Shown piece by piece: positions 22,137 through 34,293 of a stretch of DNA of 34,471 nt; the first letter of the stretch is position 1, and each line of letters opens with the position of its first letter. The notes beneath the pieces are model-generated. The model had not been told where the DNA came from, did not search any database, and worked only from the letters and a program-made list of their open reading frames with translations. The stretch is taken from assembly GCA_023231475.1 (NCBI GenBank), contig JALJEE010002164.1, forward strand, positions 1 through 34,471, given 5' to 3'. The stretch comes from Seison nebaliae. Its lineage: Eukaryota. The position numbers were made by a program, and so were the translations under genes.

Positions 22137-25100
22137 ATGAACGAAACGGACGACGAGAACTTGGTGGAGAAAGAGAAATTGATAAGTGGAGTATGTGAAG
22201 GTTTTTATGGACGTCCATGGAACAGTATTCAAAGGAAGAAATTATTCGAAATGATGAAAGATTTCCAGATGAACACATATCTCTACGCTCCCAAAGATGA
22301 CAATAAACATCGAGCAGCGTGGCGTGATCTCTACACGAACGAGGAGACATTGGCATTGCGTTGTCTCATCGATCAATGTCGAGATGGAAATAAAGTGCAA
22401 TTCGTATATGCTATTTCTCCAGGATTAGACATCTTATATTCCAGTATGGATGATTTGACGACATTAACAAAAAAGTTACAACAAGTCGCTTCATGTGGAT
22501 GTGAATCATTTGCCATTCTATTCGATGATATCGAAAACGAATTACAACCACAAGATAAAGTGAAATATTCGTCTTTTGCACATGCACAATCTTATGTCAC
22601 GAATTATTTATATGAACAATTGAACAAACCGAAATTATTCTTTTTCTGTCCTACCGAATATTGTGGGAGTCGAGCATTGCCAGATATTAAACGTTCACAA
22701 TATCTCAATACCATCGGAAGTGAATTAGATAAGAATATAAAAATATTTTGGACGGGCGATAAAGTCATTTCAAAAGTAATCTCACTCAAACATATCAAAT
22801 TAGTGAGAGAAGTTCTCCAACGGAAACCGCTCATTTGGGACAATTTACATGCGAATGATTATGATCAACGACGTGTTTATTTTGGACCTTATAAAGGTCG
22901 ACCAACTTCATTATTATCGGAAATTAGTGGAGTACTTACTAATCCGAATTGTGAATTCTCTTTGAATTTCATCGCTTTCCACACATTGGCCTATTGGATT
23001 AACAATGGGAATAAATTGAGAGAAGAGAAATTGAAGGATGAACAAATCTACGAAAAAATGATCAATTGTGCAGCAAAAGATTGGTTGAATGATATCAATC
23101 GTCTTGAGGATTGTTCCGTCGATTCATATTATGCGAAACCGTTGACATTCCAATTCACTCAACAATGTCCTCTATTCTCCGGATTCATGAACGAGTCTTT
23201 CTCCTTGACAGGAAATGGATCACAACAAAATGGAAAACCAGATGAGAAAATGATGAATGATGATGATGCAATGTCCGTCGATGATACAACTTATGTCAAT
23301 TTAACTGAAGAACAAGTTTTCCTTCTGATAGACATCTTTCATCTTCCGTTCGATTACGGTATGCATTCTTTACAAGTCATTCGACGATTATTTGAAATTC
23401 GACAGGAAACTAGCAAAGTTTAATTTAAATATTAATTATTTATTAATTTATTATTTATTTATTAATTATTTGTATAGGAGAAAATTACTTCATTACAATT
23501 CCTTAAAGCATTTCATGAGAAGATAAAGAATTTAACTAACGACATTATTCGAGTGAGGAATCGATCGGTGATATTCGATTTATATTCATACATCTGGGAA
23601 TTATATGGGACCTGTCGACAAACTGTTCTCTGGAGCGAATGGATCTGTTAGTCATCTTAAAATTCTTTTGATGTTTATCTCTTCTCGAATTTCCCGACGT
23701 TCCAATAAGGAATCTGATGATTCCGACTGACGGAAGGGGGAACGGTTGACAGATGAAATTGAAGGAAATTGTTCGCAATTTCTCTTTTAAAAGTTTTGAT
23801 TGTGCTTCACTTCCAAGTGGAGGATGAATGCAAGGTGACTAGTCGAATGTCGAATAAAAAGTTGAAGAAATTTGTTAATAGATTTTCTTGTCTATTTTCA
23901 TTTTGTGCCCAATCTTCAAACAGTTCTTATCGAGTTATCCATCAACTTATCATTGACACTAATTTCATTGCCTTCTATTATGATCTTATTTAATTATCTC
24001 CCTCACTTGTAAACAAAACTTTCATCCAATTTTTAATTCTAATTATCTAATCTCTTTCTCAATTACTTTATACCTCTCTTTATAGATTCGAATGAATTCT
24101 TTTTATCTTCATCTCAATATCGTCTGATTAATACCGGTGTCAATTGGTTCACCGAAGGTTATTTAGACATCTTCCTCAGTGGTGATGAAGAGCCATGGTA
24201 TTTCCGTGGTGGACTGATTGGTGAAATGCAACGAATGTTACCGATGGATTCATTTCAAGATTTGTTGATAAATAAAGTTCCCGTACCACCTACAACTGTT
24301 GGAAATGTAATTATAAGACCATTAATCGGTGAGAAATATGGGGATTATAGAGAAAAAGTAAAAATGCTTTTCTTCGACGAATATGGATCGATTGCTGATA
24401 ATGTGAAAGAAGAATTATTTCAACTTGAAATTGAAGAGATGATGTCGAATGAAAATTACAGGAAACATTCATTCGTCATTGTACGTGAAATGAACGAGGG
24501 AAATTTACGAGAAGATGAAAATGAAGAAGTCATCGCTGCCATTGTAGCACATCCCAATTTGATGGTATATGCTCAACATATTCAACGTGTTAAATTGCCA
24601 CAATTGAAAGAAAAATTCATTTCGTCATTTTGTTCCGAAGACTCCGAGAAGGAAATTGAAGAGATTATCACCAAATCTTTATCGTCCATGATTGAAGCGG
24701 TGATCGATGTCGAATCGGATATGATGGAAGATGACGCTATGATTATTGATAATGTCGACGATGTGACAGATAATCAAATTGACAAATTATTGAAAAGTTA
24801 TCACAAAATCGATTTCGATAAAATTTCCGATAATTTTCATGAGAAAGAAGACGACGAAGAAATGAAGGAAAAAGATTTCTATTCAACGATTTGTAATCTG
24901 AACAACAATCTAGAGAAATGGAACGATTTGGATAATCTTTTCACAAAAGAGAAAACAATCGATAATGACCAGATTACCAATAAAGACGATGATAATGATA
25001 ATGATGATGATGATGATCATTCAATTGAATTGAAATTGGAAATTAAACAATCGTCATTAGAAGATTATTTATTTAATTTTATTCCCAATTTCGAAGAGAT

Positions 25101-25980
25101 GACGAATAATGAAATTTATTCTAGTTTTCTCCCGTCCACTAATAATCGTCAACCCAATTTTAATAATTTCGATTTTCCGCCACCTCCAATTCTCTTACCT
25201 CCAACAAAACCATCGTCAAATGATCAATTGACGATTCAAGAGCCGATTCTGTTACCGAGTCAATTACAAACACAATCGGATGATGAAACGAGTCGTTTAA
25301 TCAGAAGTCATTTAATAAATGATGAATCGAAAGGAGAGAAAAAGAAACGAATTCGATCTAATTCCACATCTAAATCTACAAATAGACGAACATCTCAATC
25401 ATCCACTTCATCATTAACATCCACATGTTCCTCAACTGAATCTCTCTCATCTACTGGAAATGAGAAAGTTGACGAGAAAATTCGAGATAATTCCATTGAA
25501 CAATCCTCATGTATTTTAGATGATATTTCTCTCAAGTCATCAAATGAAATGAAAATCGATGTGAATTTGATGAATTATGACGATATTTTACAGGAATCTA
25601 TCGGATATGTCCGTCTTATTTTGAAAGGAAAAGATGATAGTTTCAAAAATTTTATTCCAGTGCACGATATTAAAGCGATGCTCGCCTCTTGTATGATGAC
25701 GTTGAAAGTGAAGAATTGTACAAACATCGTCCTTCAACAATCGATGAAAACGAATCCATTAAAACAAATATCATTCCCATTCATTCGTTATGGACAATTT
25801 GATGCTTCATTCACATCATTGAATGATGGAACTCATTCACTTCATTCAGCACTCGGTTTTATTCCCATCGATTCATCCAACGTCCAAAAGAAATTGAGAG
25901 ATCGTCTCCCTAAATTCGTTAATTATGAAGGTCGTTGTGAAGTGGCCGACCAACTTTACTTCTTTTACAAACATTGTTAA
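22137..25980 (+). CDS. OGA: Protein O-GlcNAcase (GH84), 3 exons; introns 23418-23477 and 23647-24085
   Basis: GVCEGFYGRPW, YLYAPKDD, catalytic LFDDI, FCPTEYC and IWDNLHANDYD. Exon 2 has FDLYSYIW..WSEWI; exon 3 has SGDEEPWYFRGGLIGEMQRMLP followed by a degenerate pseudo-HAT region. Confidence 0.96.
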
Positions 25981-26432
25981 ATAAAGAGAAATTTATTCTT
26001 CTTTCCAATCGAAAGAAAAAGATTTCCAAATAAATTCAATTTATTTCTTTCACATTCAATTATTTTCGAAAAACACAATTGCATTTCTTTTTCAGACAAA
26101 TCTCATCAATTATTCTCACTCTTCTTAATAAGTTGAGTCTAATTCATTATACAATAGATTCATAATATTCATCTTATATGTGAGATATACTTCTTTTTTG
26201 AGAACTAATAGAAATAAATTATTCGTTTTGAATGAAGACATTTTTAATCTTTCTAACTAATGTAAGTAGGAAAAAATTATAATATTATTCTAATCTTGTA
26301 AGGTTATCGATTATCTTCTTCTAATCGATTATTATATATTATTTAATTTAATTTTTAAATGAAACGATTTATTGTGAGATTTGAATGGGAAATATTGAAG
26401 AGAAATCGGTTTGTTATTCTTTCAAATCAAAT

Positions 26433-27228
26433 TCAGACAATTGTATGTTTTCGGTTTTTAAAATAGTTCTCCAATTTCGTATGTTTCGATATTCGTTTGA
26501 CGAACTTCTTTAACTTGTTATGATTCTCCAACGTATTGGGAATAACATTTTCCAGAGTTTGCAATTTGTCAAAGACGTACAGATCAGCTAAAGAAATCTT
26601 CAAAATTGTTAAAGTGAAGAAATATAAAATTAAATAAAATTTAGACTTCATTTCCCACGAAATATTCTTTTCCATCTCGATTCAATGTCAACAATGATTC
26701 CAAAACCTGAAGTCCTGGTTTTACCACCAATTCATGATATTGAGCTACCATTTGTCTCTATTTTAAATGAAATGTAGAAGATGAATGTAATTAATGTCAT
26801 TGAAAAGGGAACTGTATATGGTGCGTCTTTTTGAGAAAGGACGAGATATGGGAGATTTTGTGCTTCAAACGGATTAACAATATCGTTTACTGTGTCCATT
26901 ATTTTATCGATATTATATTCATCTTCTTCATTTTCCCCATAGAAACCGAACTTCTTCGCCAAATATCTGGCGATGGCATTCGATTGTAATAGAGTTCCTT
27001 TCCCTTGCACTTCCAGAATGGGCAACATTCCCTGAGGTGTACCTAAAACATTTAATATCGGAATTAATTTCATAGAATGTTTCCATTGGAAAAGAAACTT
27101 TTCTTCATTGACTTCCATTGATCAGTTGTAATTCTGACATCATCGAATTTCTTGCCAGCAACGACGAACAGAAGACGAATGGGTTCTGCACGTGCTCTAG
27201 TGTCAAAATAAGTTAATTTGTATTTCAT
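26433..27228 (-). CDS. Cytosolic glutathione S-transferase, sigma-class-like, 4 exons
   Basis: Spliced MKYKLTYFDTRARAEPIRLLF...TPQGMLPILEV...QSNAIARYLAKKFGFYG...YFVGNEISLADL. Catalytic N-terminal Tyr present. Donors are GTT, GTT and GTC. Confidence 0.93.
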
Positions 27229-28179
27229 GGTTCGGAGTGAAATATCTGCCGATCACTTTCAACTTATGACGTGAGGAGCTGACACACAAGGGGGAAAATG
27301 AGGCAAATAAAGAGAAGATATCAAATATTTTAAGTGAGAATGATTCGCATCATTTCCTTCGTTGTCACTCGACGATTGAGATTATCAAACACGACGATGA
27401 TATGCATCAACAACTCACATCGAATCATTAAAATATTTTATTTGCCATTATTTTCTCTTATACATCTCTGCTACTCGATTCTCGAATAGATTTTTAAATC
27501 AATCTCATAAATTTAGTTCTACACATGACCACTTATTGTCGTTGGTAATAAACTAAAATTTCCGACTTATACTACAACTTCAAATCATAACATTCATTTA
27601 ATTGTGACTTGATGATTTTAATAATTTCTAATTTTTCCAAATTTTTTAAATTTTGTTTATTAATCGAAGAATTATTATTAATTTTTACTATTAATTCATC
27701 TTAAATCAATATTACAATTTATCGTAATTTGAGGACCACCCACTTATTCTATATATTATTCTAACTTATGAAATTAAGAATTGTTAATTATTATAAATAT
27801 TGAAAGTACTCTTGCTACTTATCTAATATCTACTTAAGAGGAAATTTTTGAAAAGTTCATTGAATGTTAACATAAATTTATTGTATAAATTAATAATAAA
27901 TTGAGAACAACCTTCGGATTGTTTAATGAAATAAATTAGAAAACTTAAGGATTTATTTACAAGTTAAAATACGAACTTTCCCCAATAAATATTATTGGAA
28001 CATTAACGGTCCAATAAGTAAGATCATTAACAACTCACCATCAATTAAAATGGGAAAATGTTAAAATAATAATATCTTCTCTAAATCGATTGAGAATATG
28101 TGAAATTAATGTGATTTACTATTAGAAAGTGATCATCATAAAATTATCTGTTCATCCATTCTTGCCCATGGGAATAATT

Positions 28180-28962
28180 TCAAACATTTTTAGTAGATAC
28201 AAAATTTGAGCAGGGATATTCTTTGAGGAGACGTTGTTGTACGATACTCTCAATCATTGACGCTATCGACTGATGTTCATCAGGTTTCGGCATAAAACTC
28301 GTCGTTTGTTTCTCCGTCAACATTCGATGATTTTTCTCATTAATGAAATAACAAGTAATCTTTCCAAGACAAATATTCTCATTCGAATCTTTCGACATCT
28401 TCGGCTTCTTTTTCTCTTGTTTCGACTTCTTATCAATCAAATCTTTCAAACTGTTAAATTTCGCCAAATTAATCTGAGATCGAAAATCACTGAAACATCG
28501 ACTTCGTCGATCAATATTCTCATTATTTTCAATCAATTCCTTTCCATCATTTTCATCCACATATTTTTTACACTTATGAACATGATGACGAGATGGTTTA
28601 TCTCGCAATTTTTTCGTTTCTTCTTCCTCGTCACTGCTGGTAATGGATTTCTTCAAAACTCTTTCCCTTAATTTAAATTGACGAGGAGTTGAAGTTGTCG
28701 ATGATTTGGTGATACCAGTGGTAGTAGTCGTTGTACTCGTGGTACTTGTTATTGGTGATGATTCACTAACCGGTTTTTTCGACGGTGGATTTGTTCGTCG
28801 ATAATCGATTAATCGAGTGTCTTTTCTTCGTTCGGCGTTCTCTAATTTTTTTATTCGTTTTTTCATATCCATCAAATTCTCATCGTCGTCATAATCATCG
28901 GAATGTGAATGATCTTGTTCACTTGATAACCGTTTATGGGGATTAGCTTTTTGACGAACCAT
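28180..28962 (-). CDS. Hypothetical hydrophilic, low-complexity (S/T-rich, basic) protein
   Basis: Open frame of about 260 codons from the first ATG (MVRQK, 28962). A short extra terminal exon near 28136-28147 is possible. No recognisable domain. Confidence 0.6.
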   Translation of the reverse strand: MVRQKANPHKRLSSEQDHSHSDDYDDDENLMDMKKRIKKLENAERRKDTRLIDYRRTNPPSKKPVSESSPITSTTSTTTTTTGITKSSTTSTPRQFKLRERVLKKSITSSDEEEETKKLRDKPSRHHVHKCKKYVDENDGKELIENNENIDRRSRCFSDFRSQINLAKFNSLKDLIDKKSKQEKKKPKMSKDSNENICLGKITCYFINEKNHRMLTEKQTTSFMPKPDEHQSIASMIESIVQQRLLKEYPCSNFVSTKNV

Positions 28963-31900
28963 TTCATGGGATTCGTTTAATATTGACTTTTCCAGATTTA
29001 AAATAAAACTAATTAAGTTCAAATTATTTTTGAGCAGATTTCATTAATCTGATGATGAAAACACATCTAAAAGGAAATGAATTCGTATAGAATGAATAAA
29101 TTGAGAAAAATATATAATAAATTTGTCTTTTAAGAATCTATTTTGATTCTGACAAACTCCGGTACGATATGACAGGTAAAAAAGGAGAAATTAAAGACAA
29201 ATAATTGTGTTGGATGAAAAAATGAGGAAAAAATCGAATAAATAATTTTATTTCTTTTCAAGTTAAATGTCAATAATATATTCGTGTGTGGACTACATCT
29301 GTTAATTATTAAAATAGAAATTTAAGAATTAGTAACTACTACTTTTATCTTATACACTTCCACACCACCGAACACTCAAGGAAATTTCCCGACAGATTCA
29401 CATACATTACATTCCTGTTTTTCCTCAATTATATTATCTTCCTCGTAAATTCGTTAAGAAGTCATATCGAATAGAAAGAAGCAAGTGCGAAACTGTAATT
29501 AATAAATTGCTTAATTCCTCTCATTATTCATCTGATATATTTTGAATTCGTCTAAATACAAAGAAAGTATGGTTGTGAAACGGTTTGGTTGAAATGCAAC
29601 TGTTTGAAAATTGGTTGTTCGTTCTAACTGACTAGTAAGTTACAAGAAAGAAATGACGAAGAATTTGGTAATGTAAATGAAATAAAGTTAAACAATAATA
29701 TTTCTTATAATCATCGATATGATGTTGTTGCATCTAGGAAGTGAACATTTTGTGAAGAAAGAGATAAATAGAAGAAATTGAAAAATTAATTAAAATTAAT
29801 TCACCTTCATAAAAATAATTGGAAGGGATAAGGAAGCACATATCTCCTCCACAAACTTCGCCAATACAACAGAATTTGGAGAAATTAATAATTTTAAATA
29901 AGAAAGAAAAATGACGATTTTGACGGACTGGATAAAAAAAAGGAAAAATAAAAAGAAGTAGAAGGAGAATGTATGTCATACAAAAAAAAAAAAGATTGAA
30001 ATAAATATATAAAAAAGAATATTATTGAGAAATAAAAGAATCGAATCGAAATAAATATTCCCCTCTTCTTATTCATAAAAATAATTCGATTATTTCTTTT
30101 TTAAATAAACTTTATTTTTCTTTTAATTTCTTTTACTGTTTCATCCAGTATGACCATCCACCATACGTACGTACATGTATATAGGAGAAATGAGATTATT
30201 TAAAGTTATTCCTCTCATATATTCACATCCATGCACATACACTCCATACAAATGTTATTACTGTTGTTGTTGTTGTTGTTGTTTCGTGAATTTTATAATC
30301 ATTCTTCTACATGTTTATTATTTTATTTGTTGTTAACATTACATTTCGTTCTCCCCTACACAATAATTTTTTTTTGCAATTCTCATATTTTATTTTTAAT
30401 GAAAAATGAAAGAAATTCTTATAAATAAAATTAAGTAAATAACATTAAATTATTGTGCGGCGTCATAAAATATTTGGATAAAAATAATAATAATTAATTT
30501 TCTCGTATTAGTTCTCATATCGAAAACAACAATAAAAAAAAAATAGTGAAAATAACTGATCTATTTCTCCTTTTTTTTTATTACTCCGTCTCCATTTCAG
30601 TAAGATCCTCTTCAATTACAATCGTTCTCTTTCTTTTGTTATGAATTTCTTTTTTCACATTCTTATCAACTTCTCCTTCATTCCTCTAATCATTTCTCTC
30701 CGTCATTCTCTCGGAGAAACCGGAATAAACTACTTCCACAATAATATGTTAAAAAAAATATCTTCTAATTTAAGAGTTTTAGTCAAATTATTTTATCCAA
30801 TTACTTATCTATCAACTCATGATTTCTACATAACAATCCATCATACTAAACATTTCTCAACTCGTTCTTATGCACTGATGAGGAAATGAACAAATTCATG
30901 TTGAATTTTCGAAAGAACTCTGTTAATGAATTAATTATAGTACTATAATCTATCAAGAATTTTTAAAAGATTTTCTCATAAATCTCAATTACATCAGTTT
31001 GGTTGGATGGATGGAAAAGATTAGAAGTTCGATAATTTTATATAAAGATTAAAGAGTGCGTTCGCGAATTGTGTAATTGTTGTAATTCAATTACTATTCA
31101 TATTCAGTAGGAAACCGGATAATTAAAAATATTTCATTTTGATTGATTTTTTGATATATTTAGTTTTATTTTAATAACATATTTCTTTCGAAACATTTTC
31201 CCTTTACACAGTTGTGAGTGGATGTGTATATGTGTAGATCGATAAACAAGTGTATCGTTACGCAGAATTTGTTTAAAGTAAATTTAAATTAATTTTTCTA
31301 ATTTCTTCTGTTTTACTTATTTCGTACGATTTAATATCGATATTCGAATAATAATATTTCTTTATTAACTTATTCGAACATGAATTACAAACAAATGACA
31401 GTTATTCGTTATATTTTAGCTTTTCTCGAATTCCTTCAAGTTTCCATTCCTCAATTATCCTAACGTGGAACTTTTGAACATCAGCATTGAATAAAAAAGA
31501 ATAAACTTAAAATTTACTAATAATTACTAATAATAATAATTTCTTATTAATATTATTTATATGTATCATTAATATTCTTCTACTTGTTATTATTATTATC
31601 TTTTATATATATCGAACGAGAGAGAAATATGAAATTATTTACCGGTTAAAAATTAAATATAATAATTTGACTCACTTTATTTTAGAAAAATGTTGGATAT
31701 TAATAATAGTTAAATAAAATGTGCTCATCACATTATTTTAAGTTGTAGTATTAGTTAGTTAGTTTAATTTCAATTAAACTTCTACATAGAATAAAATAAA
31801 GACAGTATAATTTATTATGTTTAATTATGTGAAGTAACTTATTTAAATAACAAAAAAATTAGATGCTTCCTTTGTAATTTTAATTAAATCAAGAAATTAT

Positions 31901-32005
31901 TAATAATAAAATTAATTAAAAAAGAAAGATTTTTTATAAACAACCCGAAATTTTAAATTTTCAGCTGATATTCTTCAATTTCCTTTTCCTTTCATTCATT
32001 CCGTA

Positions 32006-33265
32006 ATGATTTCTCTTTTTGTCTTCTTCATTTCTCATCAAATTTTTACCCTAATCAAATGTCAGTCGATGGCTATGGTGGAAGATGTGCTTCCCAAATT
32101 CGATGCGAATGGAATCATCTTTTCCTCCGAAGTTCCACGAGCTGGTGAGAAGTTGAAGATCGAATGTAAAGTAGTAGGTCTATTACAGAATGAACGTACT
32201 GGTAGTTTGTCGTGGATGTTGAGAAAAGAAGCAGATGGAAGTTACATAGAATTGGCGAGGAATTCCATAGTTGTTAATAAGAAAGATCGATTAATAGCAC
32301 AACATAAATTGAATTCGAATATTTGGTCAATTATTTTCGATCCGTTAACAAGAGATGATTCTGGAGTGATTGAATGTCGCTTGATGGATTATTCATCTGA
32401 TTCGATTCATGTTCGAAGAAATTTGACGGTATACGTCGAACCGAAAGTCGCCGAAAATTCGACGAGAGACATCGAAGTCATTCAGGGAACTCCAGTCAAT
32501 TTATCTTGTAGTGCTTTCGGAATTCCTCAGCCGACCATCGAATGGTTACGAGCTGATGGTAAACCATTACCAAACGGTTTAGTCCGATATATTGTTAATT
32601 AATTAATTTCTTTTTCTTTCCTTAATTTATATTTAAAATTTTGTATTTTAGGGTGAGAAAATGGAAGTGAAAGAAATGAAGAAAGAAGATCGTTCAGTTT
32701 ATGTTTGTGTTGCTACTAATCTCATCGGATCGGGAGCATTATGGACTTTGAAAGTTAATGTGAAATTTCCACCATATATCGATTGTCATCGAGCTATCGG
32801 TCAAGCAGCTGGTAAAGGAGTGAACGCTTATTTGGAATGTTATGTACACGGTTATCCATCACCACAAATCTCGTTAGTTAATTATTCTTTTAAAAATGAT
32901 TTATTTTTTAATTTTATAGATGGTATTTTACACAAGCGAATTCTAAAGCGAAAAAGATTTGGAATACTCCAACTTATCGAATTGATGATATTATTCCTGA
33001 ATATAATCGTTGTACTGATTGTGTTCTCACTCGATTGACAGTATTAGGTGTACTTGATTCACATTATGGGGAATATAGTGTAATGGCGATTAGTGAAGAA
33101 TTTCCTGATATTAAAGCCATCGGAACAATTCGATTGTTCCGAACAGTCGAATGTCAATTTTCAGTAGCGATGGCTGAATGTCACATGACAGCTAGATCAT
33201 CATCTTCCAATATTTCATTTTCATTCATTCTTTTATTATTAATTTTCTTTTATTCATTCTCTTAA
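32006..33265 (+). CDS. Three-Ig-domain cell-surface protein (lachesin/amalgam/IgLON-like), probably GPI-anchored, 3 exons
   Basis: Signal peptide MISLFVFFISHQIFTLIKC. Ig motifs IECKV..W..DDSGVIEC, LSCSAFGIPQPTIEW..DRSVYVCVATN and LECYVHGYPSPQISW. Small residues then a hydrophobic C-terminus. Introns at about 32594-32651 and 32873-32919. Confidence 0.85.
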
Positions 33266-33420
33266 TTTCATCCATTCTTTCTATCTTAACAATTTATATT
33301 CAACTCATTCCAATTTGTAATTATGAATCTCATCATTTTTTTAAAAAAATTTATAAACTCATTTGTAATTCTTCCCAAATTTAGAGTTTTCTTTTCAGTC
33401 AATTCAGTCAGTATCGAAAA

Positions 33421-34237
33421 ATGAGTTGGAAAGTGAGTGATTGTAGGAAAATATTTGGAATTGGTCGAAATTTTGTGTTTATTTTTTTTCGTCCATTTAT
33501 TTTATTTATTTCTTCACTTTTTCATATTATAGTGCTCATGCTAAAGAATTGGGTAATGCCGTACCATCGTCACCTATTCTGTTCATGAAACCAAATACGG
33601 CATTAATTGAAGAGAATGAAAAGATAAAAGTTATTTATCTTCACCAATAATTCTATCATCATTATCGATCAATAATATCAAATATTAGTTACCGAATGAT
33701 TCAGTAGAATTACATCATGAAATCGAATTGGGTGTCATTGTCAGAGAGAATATTCCGTTTAAAACGTTCGATGAGAAATCGATGAATCGATATGTGAAAG
33801 GATATGTTCTCGCTCTCGATATGACTGATCGGAATGTTCAGAAAAGATTGACGGAGAATTCACATCCTTGGCTATTGGCCAAAGGTTTCGACAACAGTTG
33901 TCCAGTCTCCAAATTCATCAATTTCGATCAAGTTAAATTACATTTAGAGAAATTAGTTAAATTTAGAATATGGAATTAGATTAGGAATACGAATAATGTT
34001 CAATTGAAATTGATGGTGAATGGAAGTACGAAACAAAACGGAAATACTGAATGTATGATTTGGAAAGTGAGAGAGTTAATGAAATATCTTAATCAATTCT
34101 TCACTTTGGAAGAGAATGATCTGATTTTGATGGGAACTCCTGAAGGGGTATCAGCAGTGAAAAGTGGTGACGAGTTATCAGGTGAGATGTATGAGGATAA
34201 CAAATTAATAACATCAATGAAATTCCTTGTGGAATAA
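33421..34237 (+). CDS. FAHD1: Fumarylacetoacetate hydrolase domain protein 1 (acylpyruvase/oxaloacetate decarboxylase), 4 exons
   Basis: KIFGIGRNFVAHAKELGNAVP, FMKP, LHHEIELGV, ALDMTDR, PWLLAKGFDNSCPVS and DLILMGTPEGV. Confidence 0.95.
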
Positions 34238-34293
34238 GAATAGAATATTATTTGAAACTTTTATTTATTTAGAAATATATTTAGAGTATTTAA

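Noticed and set aside
2224..28671. Many short antisense or alternate-frame ORFs (e.g. 2224-2463, 5455-5688, 11784-12128, 18295-18543, 28273-28671)
   Set aside because: They are shadows of real genes, with biased F/I/L/S composition and no motifs.
29734..30889. Four short hydrophobic ORFs between the orphan gene and the Ig gene
   Set aside because: They derive from T-rich or A-rich noncoding sequence and a (GTT)n microsatellite; the region is more likely UTR introns and regulatory DNA.
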